Notes under the pieces: model-generated | Database searches by the model: none | Told to the model about the DNA's origin: nothing | The model's input: the letters and a program-made list of their open reading frames with translations, nothing else | DNA from: Escherichia coli | GTDB taxonomy: Bacteria; Pseudomonadota; Gammaproteobacteria; Enterobacterales; Enterobacteriaceae | DNA length: 64,000 bases | Assembly: GCF_003334335.1 (NCBI RefSeq) | Contig: NZ_QOWQ01000017.1 | Direction: 5' to 3' (one strand) | Made by a program: the position numbers and the translations under genes | Shown: piece after piece, positions 48,594 through 59,333 of the stretch | How the letters are laid out: each line of letters begins with the position of its first letter | How positions within the stretch are numbered: the first letter of the stretch is position 1

Positions 48594-48699
48594 GCCCCCT
48601 CTCCCTTCCAGGGTGAGGGCTGGGGTGAGGGTTAATGTTCGCACCAGTGCTGGCTGTTCCCCTCACCCTAACCCTCTCCCCAAAGGGGCGAGGGGACGG
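48594..48699. repeat. Inverted pair of GC-rich box C-like repeats forming a long palindrome in the fepB 5' leader
   Basis: Unit 48594-48633 (gccccctctcccttccagggtgagggctggggtgagggtt) and unit 48658-48699 in opposite orientation, separated by about 24 nt. Confidence 0.7.
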
Positions 48700-48762
48700 A
48701 TTGTGCGCTTTGTCGAATTTGTCATTACGCCCTTAACCTTATTAATAACAGGAAGCTGATTT

Positions 48763-49719
48763 GTGAGACTCGCCCCGCTCTACCGCAACGCCCTTCTATT
48801 AACAGGACTTTTGCTTTCAGGAATAGCCGCAGTTCAGGCCGCTGACTGGCCGCGTCAGATTACTGACAGCCGTGGCACACATACACTGGAAAGCCAGCCG
48901 CAGCGTATTGTTTCCACCAGCGTCACCCTGACCGGCTCACTGCTGGCGATTGATGCTCCGGTGATCGCCAGCGGCGCGACCACGCCGAATAACCGCGTCG
49001 CGGATGACCAGGGCTTTTTACGCCAGTGGAGCAAGGTGGCGAAAGAACGCAAACTGCAACGGCTCTATATCGGCGAACCGAGCGCCGAAGCCGTTGCCGC
49101 GCAAATGCCGGATCTGATTTTAATTAGCGCAACCGGCGGGGATTCGGCGCTGGCACTGTATGATCAGCTTTCCACCATCGCCCCGACATTAATCATCAAT
49201 TACGACGACAAAAGCTGGCAGTCGCTGTTAACGCAACTTGGCGAAATTACCGGGCATGAGAAACAAGCGGCAGAGCGGATTGCGCAGTTTGATAAGCAAC
49301 TGGCGGCGGCGAAAGAGCAAATCAAATTACCGCCGCAGCCGGTCACTGCCATTGTCTATACTGCCGCTGCACACAGTGCCAATCTCTGGACGCCAGAATC
49401 AGCACAAGGGCAGATGCTGGAACAACTCGGCTTTACGCTGGCGAAGTTACCCGCAGGGTTAAATGCCAGCCAAAGTCAGGGTAAACGCCATGACATCATT
49501 CAGCTTGGTGGGGAAAATCTGGCTGCAGGGTTAAATGGCGAGTCACTATTCCTGTTCGCCGGTGATCAGAAAGATGCCGATGCTATTTATGCTAATCCGC
49601 TGCTCGCGCACCTGCCTGCAGTACAAAACAAGCAGGTTTATGCGCTGGGAACCGAGACGTTCCGTCTGGATTACTACAGCGCCATGCAAGTGCTGGATAG
49701 GCTTAAGGCGCTGTTTTAA
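48763..49719 (+). CDS. fepB: Ferric enterobactin periplasmic binding protein
   Basis: 318-aa ORF, GTG start, signal peptide. Confidence 0.93.
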
Positions 49720-49722
49720 GCA

Positions 49723-50973
49723 TTAACTGTCGGACGCTGTCACCTGCGGCGGCGTCTGGCGAAAATGTCGCAACTCCACCAGCACCAGCAATAACAACAC
49801 GCCGATAATCAACAAACCAAAACCGCTCGCGCTTGCGGAAGCAACCGGTGTCATCATCGCGCCCAAACCACCCAGCAGCGCCGCGCCTATGGCATCGCCC
49901 GTCACGTTCTGCGCCGTCCACAAACCGTTAATCCGCCCTAACATCGCTTCCGGGGTTTGCGTTTGCAGCATTGTGTATTGCAGCAACGAGCTGACCGCAC
50001 TCAACCAGCCGAACAGCGCCAGACAAACCACGCCTAAAATCCACATCGGCATCAGGCCAAACAGACCAATGGCGAGGAACGATCCCAGCGTGGAGAGCAG
50101 CATCAATAACCCTGGTCGCGCACTATGTGCCAGCTTCCCGCTGGTTAACGCACCAATAGCCGCGCCGAGCGGGATCGCCGCGTAGAGAAAACCAATCTGT
50201 GCCGCTGACATCTGCCAGTTGTCAGCCAGCGCCGGATACAGTACCCGCACCGCGCTCGCCATCGTCAATAAACCACCCAGCAGCGCAATCCCGCCCACCA
50301 GCGGGCTGGCAAGCAGAAAACGAAATCCTGCCAGTAATGATTTCAACGGATGCTCACGCGGCTGCGGTGGCGGTGGCAACGCCGGAAGGCTTAACAACGG
50401 TAGCAAGGTAATAAACGTGCCCGCCGCCGCCAGCCCGTAGTTCCAGGCTACGCCACCGGTCGCCAGCAATAAACCGCCAATCATGGGCGAAATCACCGAC
50501 CCCAGACGCACGGTCAACATGGTGATCGCCCCGGCCTGCATTAAGTTTTCACGCCCTACCAGTGCTGGTGTCGCCGCCAATAGCGCCGTAACGCCAAGCG
50601 ATGCGAAAAAACCATCCCATAAACCAAGTAAATAGATTGCCAGCAATGACGGCTCCGGCAGCAGTGCATTAAGGCACAGTCCAATGAAGCCAATGCCACA
50701 GGTGCCGCGCGCCAGCAAAATCACTTTTTTGCGCTCATAGCGATCCGCCAGCACACCGCCGACCATCAGGCCAACAAACATCGCGCCGCCGGTCAGCGTC
50801 ACCGAAAGCCCCACCTGCCAGGTGGAATGTGTCATCATCTGGATCTGCACCGGCACCGCGACGCCGAGCAAACCCAGAGACACAATTGAGATGAAACGAG
50901 CGAGGAATACTGCGCGAAACGCCGGGTGCGTTTTCAACAGGCTGAGGTTAAGCAGCCAGGATTGTTTATTCAT
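49723..50973 (-). CDS. entS: Enterobactin exporter (MFS)
   Basis: 416-aa polytopic membrane ORF. Confidence 0.93.
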   Translation of the reverse strand: MNKQSWLLNLSLLKTHPAFRAVFLARFISIVSLGLLGVAVPVQIQMMTHSTWQVGLSVTLTGGAMFVGLMVGGVLADRYERKKVILLARGTCGIGFIGLCLNALLPEPSLLAIYLLGLWDGFFASLGVTALLAATPALVGRENLMQAGAITMLTVRLGSVISPMIGGLLLATGGVAWNYGLAAAGTFITLLPLLSLPALPPPPQPREHPLKSLLAGFRFLLASPLVGGIALLGGLLTMASAVRVLYPALADNWQMSAAQIGFLYAAIPLGAAIGALTSGKLAHSARPGLLMLLSTLGSFLAIGLFGLMPMWILGVVCLALFGWLSAVSSLLQYTMLQTQTPEAMLGRINGLWTAQNVTGDAIGAALLGGLGAMMTPVASASASGFGLLIIGVLLLLVLVELRHFRQTPPQVTASDS

Positions 50974-51044
50974 TACAATGCCTTGCCATCAAATATTTTA
51001 AATACCTATTCTTAGGCTGCACATGCTAACATATCCAAATAAGA

Positions 51045-51072
51045 TCGATAACGATAATTAATTTCATTATCA
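51045..51072. promoter_or_regulatory. Fur box in the entS/fepD divergent promoter region
   Basis: gatcgataacgataattaatttcattatc. Confidence 0.75.
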
Positions 51073-51083
51073 TGGAAGTTCGT

Positions 51084-52088
51084 ATGTCTGGTTCTGTTGC
51101 CGTGACACGCGCCATTGCCGTGCCCGGATTGCTGTTATTACTGATTATCGCGACGGCATTAAGCCTGCTCATTGGGGCAAAATCACTCCCCGCTTCCGTA
51201 GTGCTGGAGGCCTTCTCCGGCACCTGCCAGAGCGCCGACTGCACCATCGTGCTCGACGCGCGGCTGCCGCGTACCCTTGCCGGTTTACTGGCAGGCGGCG
51301 CGCTTGGCCTTGCCGGGGCGTTAATGCAAACCCTCACCCGAAACCCACTTGCCGACCCCGGCTTGCTTGGCGTGAACGCCGGAGCCAGCTTTGCCATTGT
51401 GCTGGGTGCGGCGCTGTTTGGTTACTCTTCCGCGCAGGAACAACTGGCGATGGCCTTCGCCGGGGCGCTGGTAGCCTCATTGATTGTTGCCTTTACCGGC
51501 AGTCAGGGCGGCGGGCAGTTAAGTCCGGTGCGTTTAACCCTGGCGGGCGTGGCGCTGGCGGCGGTGCTGGAAGGACTGACCAGCGGCATCGCCCTGCTTA
51601 ATCCTGACGTCTACGATCAGTTGCGTTTCTGGCAAGCCGGTTCGCTGGATATTCGCAATCTACATACCTTAAAAGTGGTGCTGATCCCGGTGCTGATCGC
51701 CGGAGCAACTGCGCTATTACTGAGTCGCGCGCTGAACAGTTTGAGCCTCGGCAGCGACACCGCGACGGCGCTGGGCAGTCGCGTGGCGCGCACACAGTTG
51801 ATTGGTCTGCTGGCGATTACCGTGCTTTGTGGTAGTGCGACGGCAATAGTTGGCCCGATTGCCTTTATTGGCCTGATGATGCCGCATATGGCGCGTTGGC
51901 TGGTGGGTGCCGATCATCGCTGGTCGCTGCCCGTCACGCTACTTGCTACCCCTGCCCTGCTGCTGTTTGCCGATATCATCGGGCGGGTGATTGTGCCCGG
52001 CGAACTGCGCGTTTCTGTGGTCAGTGCGTTTATTGGTGCACCGGTGCTGATCTTCCTCGTGCGACGTAAAACGCGAGGTGGTGCATGA
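51084..52088 (+). CDS. fepD: Ferric enterobactin ABC transporter permease
   Basis: ORF 51072..52088; ATG at 51084 gives 334 aa MSGSVAVTRAIAVPG... Confidence 0.9.
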   Translation: MSGSVAVTRAIAVPGLLLLLIIATALSLLIGAKSLPASVVLEAFSGTCQSADCTIVLDARLPRTLAGLLAGGALGLAGALMQTLTRNPLADPGLLGVNAGASFAIVLGAALFGYSSAQEQLAMAFAGALVASLIVAFTGSQGGGQLSPVRLTLAGVALAAVLEGLTSGIALLNPDVYDQLRFWQAGSLDIRNLHTLKVVLIPVLIAGATALLLSRALNSLSLGSDTATALGSRVARTQLIGLLAITVLCGSATAIVGPIAFIGLMMPHMARWLVGADHRWSLPVTLLATPALLLFADIIGRVIVPGELRVSVVSAFIGAPVLIFLVRRKTRGGA

Positions 52089-53077
52089 TTTACGTCTCTC
52101 GCCGATTACTCATCACCTGTTTGCTGCTGGTTTCCGCCTGTGTGGTTGCAGGTATCTGGGGATTACGCAGCGGTGCCGTCACGCTGGAAACCTCGCAGGT
52201 ATTCGCCGCGCTGATGGGCGATGCGCCGCGCAGTATGACGATGGTGGTCACCGAATGGCGTTTACCACGCGTGCTGATGGCGCTGTTGATTGGCGCAGCA
52301 CTGGGCGTCAGTGGCGCGATTTTTCAGTCGCTGATGCGTAACCCGCTCGGCAGCCCTGACGTAATGGGCTTTAACACCGGGGCGTGGAGCGGCGTGCTGG
52401 TGGCGATGGTGCTGTTTGGTCAGGACCTGACGGCTATCGCGCTGTCAGCAATGGTGGGCGGCATTGTCACTTCGCTGCTGGTCTGGCTGCTCGCCTGGCG
52501 CAACGGCATCGACACCTTTCGGTTGATTATTATCGGTATCGGCGTTCGCGCCATGCTGGTGGCCTTTAATACCTGGCTGTTGCTGAAAGCGTCTTTAGAA
52601 ACGGCGCTAACAGCAGGTTTGTGGAATGCCGGATCGCTCAACGGCCTGACGTGGGCAAAAACCTCGCCTTCCGCACCCATCATTATATTGATGCTCATTG
52701 CCGCCGCCTTACTGGTACGCCGGATGCGCTTGCTGGAAATGGGCGATGATACCGCGTGTGCGCTGGGCGTCAGCGTCGAACGTTCGCGTCTGTTAATGAT
52801 GCTGGTTGCAGTGGTGCTTACCGCTGCGGCAACAGCGCTTGCCGGGCCGATTTCCTTTATTGCTTTAGTCGCACCGCACATTGCCCGACGCATTAGCGGC
52901 ACCGCTCGCTGGGGGCTAACCCAGGCGGCGCTATGCGGGGCGCTGTTACTGCTGGCGGCCGATCTCTGCGCCCAACAACTGTTTATGCCGTATCAACTTC
53001 CGGTTGGCGTCGTTACCGTCAGCCTCGGCGGTATTTACCTTATCGTCTTGTTAATTCAGGAGTCTCGCAAAAAATGA
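52085..53077 (+). CDS. fepG: Ferric enterobactin ABC transporter permease
   Basis: 330-aa ORF, ATGA overlap with fepD stop. Confidence 0.93.
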   Translation: MIYVSRRLLITCLLLVSACVVAGIWGLRSGAVTLETSQVFAALMGDAPRSMTMVVTEWRLPRVLMALLIGAALGVSGAIFQSLMRNPLGSPDVMGFNTGAWSGVLVAMVLFGQDLTAIALSAMVGGIVTSLLVWLLAWRNGIDTFRLIIIGIGVRAMLVAFNTWLLLKASLETALTAGLWNAGSLNGLTWAKTSPSAPIIILMLIAAALLVRRMRLLEMGDDTACALGVSVERSRLLMMLVAVVLTAAATALAGPISFIALVAPHIARRISGTARWGLTQAALCGALLLLAADLCAQQLFMPYQLPVGVVTVSLGGIYLIVLLIQESRKK

Positions 53078-53889
53078 CCGAATCAGTAGCCCGTTTGCGC
53101 GGCGAACAGTTAACCCTGGGATATGGCAAATATACCGTTGCGGAAAATCTGACTGTAGAAATACCTGATGGTCACTTCACGGCAATTATCGGGCCAAATG
53201 GCTGCGGTAAATCCACGTTACTGCGTACCTTAAGCCGCCTGATGACGCCTGCTCATGGGCATGTCTGGCTGGATGGCGAGCACATTCAACATTACGCCAG
53301 TAAAGAGGTTGCACGCCGGATTGGTCTGTTGGCGCAAAATGCTACCACGCCGGGCGATATCACCGTGCAGGAGCTGGTGGCGCGTGGACGTTATCCGCAT
53401 CAACCGCTGTTTACCCGCTGGCGCAAAGAGGATGAAGAAGCGGTAACGAAAGCAATGCAGGCCACGGGAATAACTCATCTGGCAGATCAAAGCGTGGATA
53501 CCCTTTCTGGCGGACAACGCCAGCGAGCGTGGATCGCGATGGTGCTGGCCCAGGAAACGGCAATTATGCTGCTCGACGAACCCACGACCTGGCTGGATAT
53601 CAGTCATCAGATTGATTTGCTGGAGTTGTTAAGCGAACTGAACCGCGAAAAAGGCTATACCCTGGCGGCGGTGCTGCACGATCTTAATCAGGCCTGTCGT
53701 TACGCCAGCCATTTGATTGCATTGCGGGAAGGGAAAATTGTTGCTCAGGGAGCGCCGAAGGAGATTGTCACTGCTGAACTGATTGAGCGCATTTATGGTC
53801 TGCGCTGCATGATCATTGACGATCCAGTTGCCGGAACGCCGCTTGTGGTGCCGCTCGGACGAACGGCACCTTCAACCGCAAATAGTTAA
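53074..53889 (+). CDS. fepC: Ferric enterobactin ABC transporter ATPase
   Basis: Internal ATG of ORF 52933..53889 gives 271 aa; Walker A GPNGCGKST; ATGA overlap with fepG stop. Confidence 0.93.
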   Translation: MTESVARLRGEQLTLGYGKYTVAENLTVEIPDGHFTAIIGPNGCGKSTLLRTLSRLMTPAHGHVWLDGEHIQHYASKEVARRIGLLAQNATTPGDITVQELVARGRYPHQPLFTRWRKEDEEAVTKAMQATGITHLADQSVDTLSGGQRQRAWIAMVLAQETAIMLLDEPTTWLDISHQIDLLELLSELNREKGYTLAAVLHDLNQACRYASHLIALREGKIVAQGAPKEIVTAELIERIYGLRCMIIDDPVAGTPLVVPLGRTAPSTANS

Positions 53890-55019
53890 ACTAAGTGGTC
53901 TGCCATCATGGCATCCTGTTTTCTGGATGCCATCGCATAGCGCAACAGCACGCCACCACAAGCCACCATCCCGCCGATCAACGCGGAAAGGATCACAATA
54001 ATCGCCTTACCCGGACCGTCTTTTTTCACTGGCAATGACGGGCTTAACTGATATTTAAACGGCGTAAAATTCACATCGTTGACATGTGCTTTTGTTAATT
54101 GCTCGACAAGATACTGCCGATTACGTAATTCACCGTTCAGTTCCGCAACGTCAGTGACCGCTTTTTCTATTTCCAGTTTGCGTTCAATACCGTCTGCACC
54201 GAGAGAAATAGAAAAATCGGGGTCATCTTTAACGGCCTGACCATTACTGTAAACGGGCTTTTTAATTCCTGCCGCGTTGGCAATGTCGAGTGAATAATTG
54301 AGGCGCTGAATGTTTGCATCAAGTTGATTTTTCGTTTTAATGCGATCCTGAGCCAGTTTTTCTTTTTCAAACTGGGTTTTGATCTCCAGTTTATTACGGA
54401 CGTTTTCTAGCGACTCTTTCACCACCAACGTAGAGATATAATCGATATACCCGCTCAAAACGGTCTGCGCCTCTTCACTGGTTGGCGCGGTAAAACTTAG
54501 CGTCCAGGAGGTATACAGTGACGGTTCATCTTTTTTCTTACTGGCATTGTCATCAACCGCTTTCATTTTTTCGCTCAATGCGACAATTGCGCGATGCAAA
54601 TCCAGTTCGTCGATTTTCGCCTCTTTTAATTGGTCCATCACATAAGGTGATGAACGCAGGTACTCTTCCAGCAAGCTAACCGACTGAAACTTCTTGATAA
54701 ACAGGTTAAATGCTTCTGTACGATCAATTTTGATATCCAGATCCAGCACACGAAGCTTAGTGAATGATTTCTCCAACTCTTGCCACTGAACAGGTTCTGG
54801 AGGCGTGACAACCGCCGCGCTGGTCCATTTTTGCGGCAGGATGAAAGAGATCAGCAAGCCTGCGCAGGCAAACGCAAAAACGACCGCCATGACCGTTTTT
54901 TTGGCCCGCCATAAAACTGAGATTAGATTAAGTAAATCAATTTCATTATTACTGGGCGACGCCAGAGGATAATCGGGAAAATGAGCGTCACTTCCCTGTT
55001 TAATATTCAGTGATGACAT
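53886..55019 (-). CDS. fepE: Polysaccharide co-polymerase-like protein FepE (O-antigen chain-length regulator family)
   Basis: 377-aa ORF with N- and C-terminal TM segments. Confidence 0.92.
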   Translation of the reverse strand: MSSLNIKQGSDAHFPDYPLASPSNNEIDLLNLISVLWRAKKTVMAVVFAFACAGLLISFILPQKWTSAAVVTPPEPVQWQELEKSFTKLRVLDLDIKIDRTEAFNLFIKKFQSVSLLEEYLRSSPYVMDQLKEAKIDELDLHRAIVALSEKMKAVDDNASKKKDEPSLYTSWTLSFTAPTSEEAQTVLSGYIDYISTLVVKESLENVRNKLEIKTQFEKEKLAQDRIKTKNQLDANIQRLNYSLDIANAAGIKKPVYSNGQAVKDDPDFSISLGADGIERKLEIEKAVTDVAELNGELRNRQYLVEQLTKAHVNDVNFTPFKYQLSPSLPVKKDGPGKAIIVILSALIGGMVACGGVLLRYAMASRKQDAMMADHLV

Positions 55020-55184
55020 GGGGTATAACCTGAAAATGAGTCCAATAGGGGGAAATCTCCACGGCGCTCACTTTACCAGTTGGTGATAATTATCCGAAGC
55101 TGAAGTTTGTAAATTCCTTCCACTGAATGCAACATTCACTCTATTTAAGAGAAATATTCATCAAACCTATAAATCAAACAAATA

Positions 55185-55221
55185 AAAAACCCATAATTAT
55201 TTTCTGTAATTATGGGTTTAT
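55185..55221 (-). terminator. Rho-independent terminator after entF (minus strand)
   Basis: aaaaaaCCCATAATTAttttctgTAATTATGGGttta; on minus strand a hairpin followed by a T-run. Confidence 0.75.
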
Positions 55222-55234
55222 AAATAATATTAAT

Positions 55235-58200
55235 TTACCTGTTTAGCGTTGCGCGAATAATCGGCCCAATTTTTTCAAACGTCCCTGGAGAGATAATATC
55301 CACATGCGCACAATCCTGACGATAGATATCCAGCTCCGCTATCCACGGCGACCAGGCGCGTTCGGGACTCATACCTTCCTGAAGTGTGCGTTCAGCAACA
55401 AACAGCGTCGCTTTACCGTCAAACGGTACGCTATGAGCAGTCGTCAGCAGGCGCACAGCATCAGCGTAGTTGCCTTCAATGGTGGTAAACAACTCCGTTG
55501 AAGTACTTCCCTGCTGTGCTGCCAGGAAGGCCTCGCGTTCGCGGTTAATCTCCGCCAGCACTTCCGGGTCCAGACCATTAGCTTCTTTTTCCTGCCAGTT
55601 TTGCGTTTCTGGCGGCCAGGTATCCAGCAAGCCAAGAAATGCCACCTGTTCGCCACGGGCACGCAGTCGCGCCGCAATACCCTGCGCCAGCGTACCGCCA
55701 AGGGAATACCCCAGCAGGTAATAAGGGCCATGCGGTTGTTGTTCAAGTAACGTTGCCAGATGCGCTTCGCAGACTTCATCCAGGTTTGCCGCCGTCTGCA
55801 TGGGGCCATTGGGGCGCGGTGACTGAATGCCGATAATCGACCATTGTGGATCGAGATAACGCGAGAGCACGCTGAACTGCCAGGCAAAACCGGACGCAGG
55901 ATGGAAACAAAACAGCGTCGGGCCATTACCTTCACGCAACGGCAGAATGGTTTCGAATCCCATACGGCGGGTGCTGTCTTCTTCAGCATCAATAATCGTT
56001 GCCAGTTTGGCGACGGTTGACGCAACCATCACCTGCCCCGGCGTCACCTGACGGGCAAACTGCCGACTTAACTGCGCTGCCAGTTTCATTGCCAGTAGCG
56101 AATGACCGCCAAGCGCGAAGAAATCAGCGTCAGCATCCTGCACGTCACACCCCAGCAACGACGAGAATGCCGCGGCGATAATCGTTTCACTGCCCGCTTT
56201 CGGCGCACGCCCAGGCGCTTGTGCCTTCAGTTCAGGCAACGGTAAGGCTTTGCGATCCAGCTTGCCGTTGGCGCTAAGTGGCAACTGCGGCAGTTGCAGC
56301 AGAACGACTGGCACCATATGCGGCGGCAATGTTTCACGAAGCTGCGCCTGCAATGCGCTGGTATCCAACGGCAGGCCCGATTGCGATACCAGATAGCCCA
56401 CCAACTGACGCGCATCACCACCAGTGGCTGCCGCTTGGTTAATCACACAGGCGTGGGTAACGGCTTGTTCGACATCCGGCAGCGCCTGCATCACGCGATC
56501 GATTTCGCCCAGTTCAATACGCTGCCCGCGAATTTTTAGCTGATCGTCACTGCGCCCGAGGTACTCCACCGCGCCGTTATCCAGCCAGCGGGCAACGTCT
56601 CCGGTACGGTACATCCGTTCACCAGGAGCAAAAGGATCGGCAATAAAGCGGCTGGCGGTCAGATCGGGTCGTCCAAGATACCCCTGCGCCAGTTGAATAC
56701 CGGTGAGATAGAGATCTCCCGCCACACCCGGCGGCACCGGATGCATCATCGCATCAAGAATACGCAGGCCCGTGTTCCACACCGGATAACCAATCGGCAC
56801 ACTGCTGCCGCGCACCTGTGCCAGTTCCTCGCCAAAAGCCGGATACCAGCTGACATCTACCGCCGCCTCCGTCGGGCCATATAGATTATGCAACGGCGCG
56901 CCAGTTAACTGTTGCCATTCGCGGCATAAATCAGCCGGTAAGGCCTCACCACTACAGAAAACCTGTTTCAACGTCGCGCAACTCTGGCGAGCGGTTTGCG
57001 GCGTCAGCGAGGCAACAAACGCCGCCAGCATCGACGGCACAAAGTGCGTGGTCGTTACGCCATATTCGGCAAAGAATTGCTGCATAGCGAGCGGGTCGCG
57101 GTGCGCTTCCGGTTCAGCCATCACCAGTTTTGCCCCTGCGATAAACGGCCAGAAAAACTCCCACACCGAGACATCAAAACTGCACGGCGTTTTTTGGGCA
57201 ACGACATCTTCGCCTGTAAGCGGATAATGATTTTGCATCCAAAGCAGGCGGTTGACGATAGCCGTCTGCCCGACCATTACCCCTTTCGGCCTGCCGGTGG
57301 AGCCAGAGGTAAAGATGATATAAGCCGTGTGATGCGGTTGTGAAAGTTGCAGCGGCGCACTGCCCTGCGGTGTAAGCGGGGCGTTATAGCAAAGGTTGGT
57401 TAAATCTGGAACATCGGCAAAGCGCGGCAGTTGATCGTCGGTGGTGATTAACAGCGACGGACGCGCATCTTCTAGCATCATTTTCAGGCGATCGTCCGGA
57501 TAACCGGTATCCAGCGGTAGCCAGGCCGCACCTGCTTCAACAATCGCATGGAGTGCCAGGGTCAAAAAGACCGAGCGCGGTAGTGCCACCGCCACGCTGT
57601 CCCCTGGTTTAACGCCGCGCTCACGCAGCAGATTCGCCAGCGCCACCACCTGCTCGCGCATTTCCCGATAGCTGAACAGGTAACGCGCATCTGCCAGCGC
57701 CGGAGCATCCGGTGTTTTTGCCGCTTGTTCTGCCACCAGCGCGCTAAGCGTGGTTTCTGGAATCTCAACCTGAGTGGCGTTGAGCTGCGCCAGCTGCGCA
57801 TACTCACCTGGCAGCATAATATCGACATCGCCGCACAACAGCGCCGGATCCGCGGCGAACTGGGCAATCAGCATTTTCAGGCGTTCAGCATGCTGGATTA
57901 ACGTTGGCTCATCGTAACGCTGTTTATTGGCGAGGATCTCAATACTCAAATCACCGTGTACATCCGGGAACAGGGCCAGTTCAAGGTCATTAACCGGACC
58001 GGTTGCCAGGGTATGGGTTTGCGCCTGAACATCAGGAATATCCAGTTGGTAATCAAATACCTTGATATTGAGTACCGGACCAAACAGCGGTTCATCACCT
58101 GCCGCTCGCCCGCTGTCACGGACAATTTGTTCGGCATCGTAACGTTGATGACGACGCATTTTTTTCAGTTGTGCTGCCAGTCGGGTTGCCAGTTCCGGCA

Positions 58201-59116
58201 GCGTTTCTTGCGCCGCAATGTGAATACCCAACGGCAAAACGTTGAGCACGGGTCCGGTAGCCGTCAGCGCCGCCGAGCCCAGTCGACGCATAAAGATAAA
58301 TCCGGCGGCGTAGTCCATACGATTGCACAATCGCCCCAGCCACAAGGCTGCCAGCGCAAGGGCTAAATCGGTACGCTGCACACCTGAAAGTTGCGTAGCC
58401 AGCTGGCGGAATTCCCCGTCGGTAAATTCCAGTTTCAGGCGCAGAATATCTGCCGAGGCGCTGCGCCCCGGTAAAGGTGCCGGAGAAAGTGACGCGGGCG
58501 GCGGCAGTTGACGACGCTGTTCTGCCCAGAATGCCGCATCACGCTGCCAGGCTTCGCTTTCGCGGTATTGCTGGTACTCTTCCACTACATCAGCGAAAGG
58601 CGTAAATGGCGAAGCAGGCGTTGGTTCGCCACGCAGCCATGTGCAGTAAATATTGGCGATCTGGCGGGTAATGGCCGGGAAACTAAAGCCATCGACCAGC
58701 AAATGGTGATAACGCTGATACCAGTACCAGCGGTTATCCGCCACCTGTATCAGCTGATGAAAGACCAGTGGTTTACCGCTATCGACGCGCAGATCTTGTT
58801 GCAAATCCGCCTGCATTAATGCCTGCGCAGTACCGTGCGGATCAATGTTGGTTCGTAGGTCGATAATTTCTGGCAGTTCGAACGTCAGCGCATCATCGAC
58901 CCACTGCCAGACTTCGCCGTTATCTTCCGTAAAACGCATCCGCAGCGTATCTGCTTGCGCTAGTCCGGCAACCACCGCGCGGGCCAGTAATGGCGAATCA
59001 ACCTCTCCGGTTAACTCAACGTAATGCGCCACGCTCCAGGCGGAGGGTAATTCTGACAGTTTTTCTGCCATCCAGATGCCGGGCTGTGCGGCGACCAAAG
59101 GTAAATGCTGGCTCAT
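55235..59116 (-). CDS. entF: Enterobactin synthase component F (NRPS: C-A-PCP-TE)
   Basis: ORF 55235..59254; start at 59116 gives 1293 aa MSQHLPLVAAQPGIWMAEKL... Confidence 0.93.
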   Translation of the reverse strand: MSQHLPLVAAQPGIWMAEKLSELPSAWSVAHYVELTGEVDSPLLARAVVAGLAQADTLRMRFTEDNGEVWQWVDDALTFELPEIIDLRTNIDPHGTAQALMQADLQQDLRVDSGKPLVFHQLIQVADNRWYWYQRYHHLLVDGFSFPAITRQIANIYCTWLRGEPTPASPFTPFADVVEEYQQYRESEAWQRDAAFWAEQRRQLPPPASLSPAPLPGRSASADILRLKLEFTDGEFRQLATQLSGVQRTDLALALAALWLGRLCNRMDYAAGFIFMRRLGSAALTATGPVLNVLPLGIHIAAQETLPELATRLAAQLKKMRRHQRYDAEQIVRDSGRAAGDEPLFGPVLNIKVFDYQLDIPDVQAQTHTLATGPVNDLELALFPDVHGDLSIEILANKQRYDEPTLIQHAERLKMLIAQFAADPALLCGDVDIMLPGEYAQLAQLNATQVEIPETTLSALVAEQAAKTPDAPALADARYLFSYREMREQVVALANLLRERGVKPGDSVAVALPRSVFLTLALHAIVEAGAAWLPLDTGYPDDRLKMMLEDARPSLLITTDDQLPRFADVPDLTNLCYNAPLTPQGSAPLQLSQPHHTAYIIFTSGSTGRPKGVMVGQTAIVNRLLWMQNHYPLTGEDVVAQKTPCSFDVSVWEFFWPFIAGAKLVMAEPEAHRDPLAMQQFFAEYGVTTTHFVPSMLAAFVASLTPQTARQSCATLKQVFCSGEALPADLCREWQQLTGAPLHNLYGPTEAAVDVSWYPAFGEELAQVRGSSVPIGYPVWNTGLRILDAMMHPVPPGVAGDLYLTGIQLAQGYLGRPDLTASRFIADPFAPGERMYRTGDVARWLDNGAVEYLGRSDDQLKIRGQRIELGEIDRVMQALPDVEQAVTHACVINQAAATGGDARQLVGYLVSQSGLPLDTSALQAQLRETLPPHMVPVVLLQLPQLPLSANGKLDRKALPLPELKAQAPGRAPKAGSETIIAAAFSSLLGCDVQDADADFFALGGHSLLAMKLAAQLSRQFARQVTPGQVMVASTVAKLATIIDAEEDSTRRMGFETILPLREGNGPTLFCFHPASGFAWQFSVLSRYLDPQWSIIGIQSPRPNGPMQTAANLDEVCEAHLATLLEQQPHGPYYLLGYSLGGTLAQGIAARLRARGEQVAFLGLLDTWPPETQNWQEKEANGLDPEVLAEINREREAFLAAQQGSTSTELFTTIEGNYADAVRLLTTAHSVPFDGKATLFVAERTLQEGMSPERAWSPWIAELDIYRQDCAHVDIISPGTFEKIGPIIRATLNR

Positions 59117-59331
59117 TGTGCCTCCTGCAACTGGGTAAAATTCGTCGGTGTCAGAGTACGCCAGTGGGCTTCCAGCCACTGCTGGCAGGACGCCTGTGAC
59201 TGCGGCTGACACACAATGTCCCAGCCTGCCGGTAAGACGCATTGTTGCGGCCACAGACTGAATTGCCCCTGCGCATTGCGCAATATGTAAAACGCTCCCT
59301 GCGGATCATCGAAGGGATTACTGAATGCCAT
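59113..59331 (-). CDS. ybdZ: MbtH-like protein
   Basis: 72 aa MAFSNPFDDPQGAFYILRN...; stop overlaps entF start (ATGA). Confidence 0.9.
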   Translation of the reverse strand: MAFSNPFDDPQGAFYILRNAQGQFSLWPQQCVLPAGWDIVCQPQSQASCQQWLEAHWRTLTPTNFTQLQEAQ

Positions 59332-59333
59332 AT

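Noticed and set aside
48594-48699. CRISPR array
   Set aside because: Only two inverted copies of a GC-rich unit with no regular direct-repeat/spacer periodicity and no cas genes nearby; this is an intergenic palindromic repeat, not CRISPR.
59117-59254. Upstream extended starts suggested by the ORF track for entF (59254), fepA (60719), entD (63044), dacA (9238), dpiB (21098), citC (21330) and others
   Set aside because: In each case an internal start gives the protein length and N-terminus I recognise (signal peptides for fepA, dacA and dsbG). The entD extension would run through REP elements, and the entF extension would overlap ybdZ for 46 codons.
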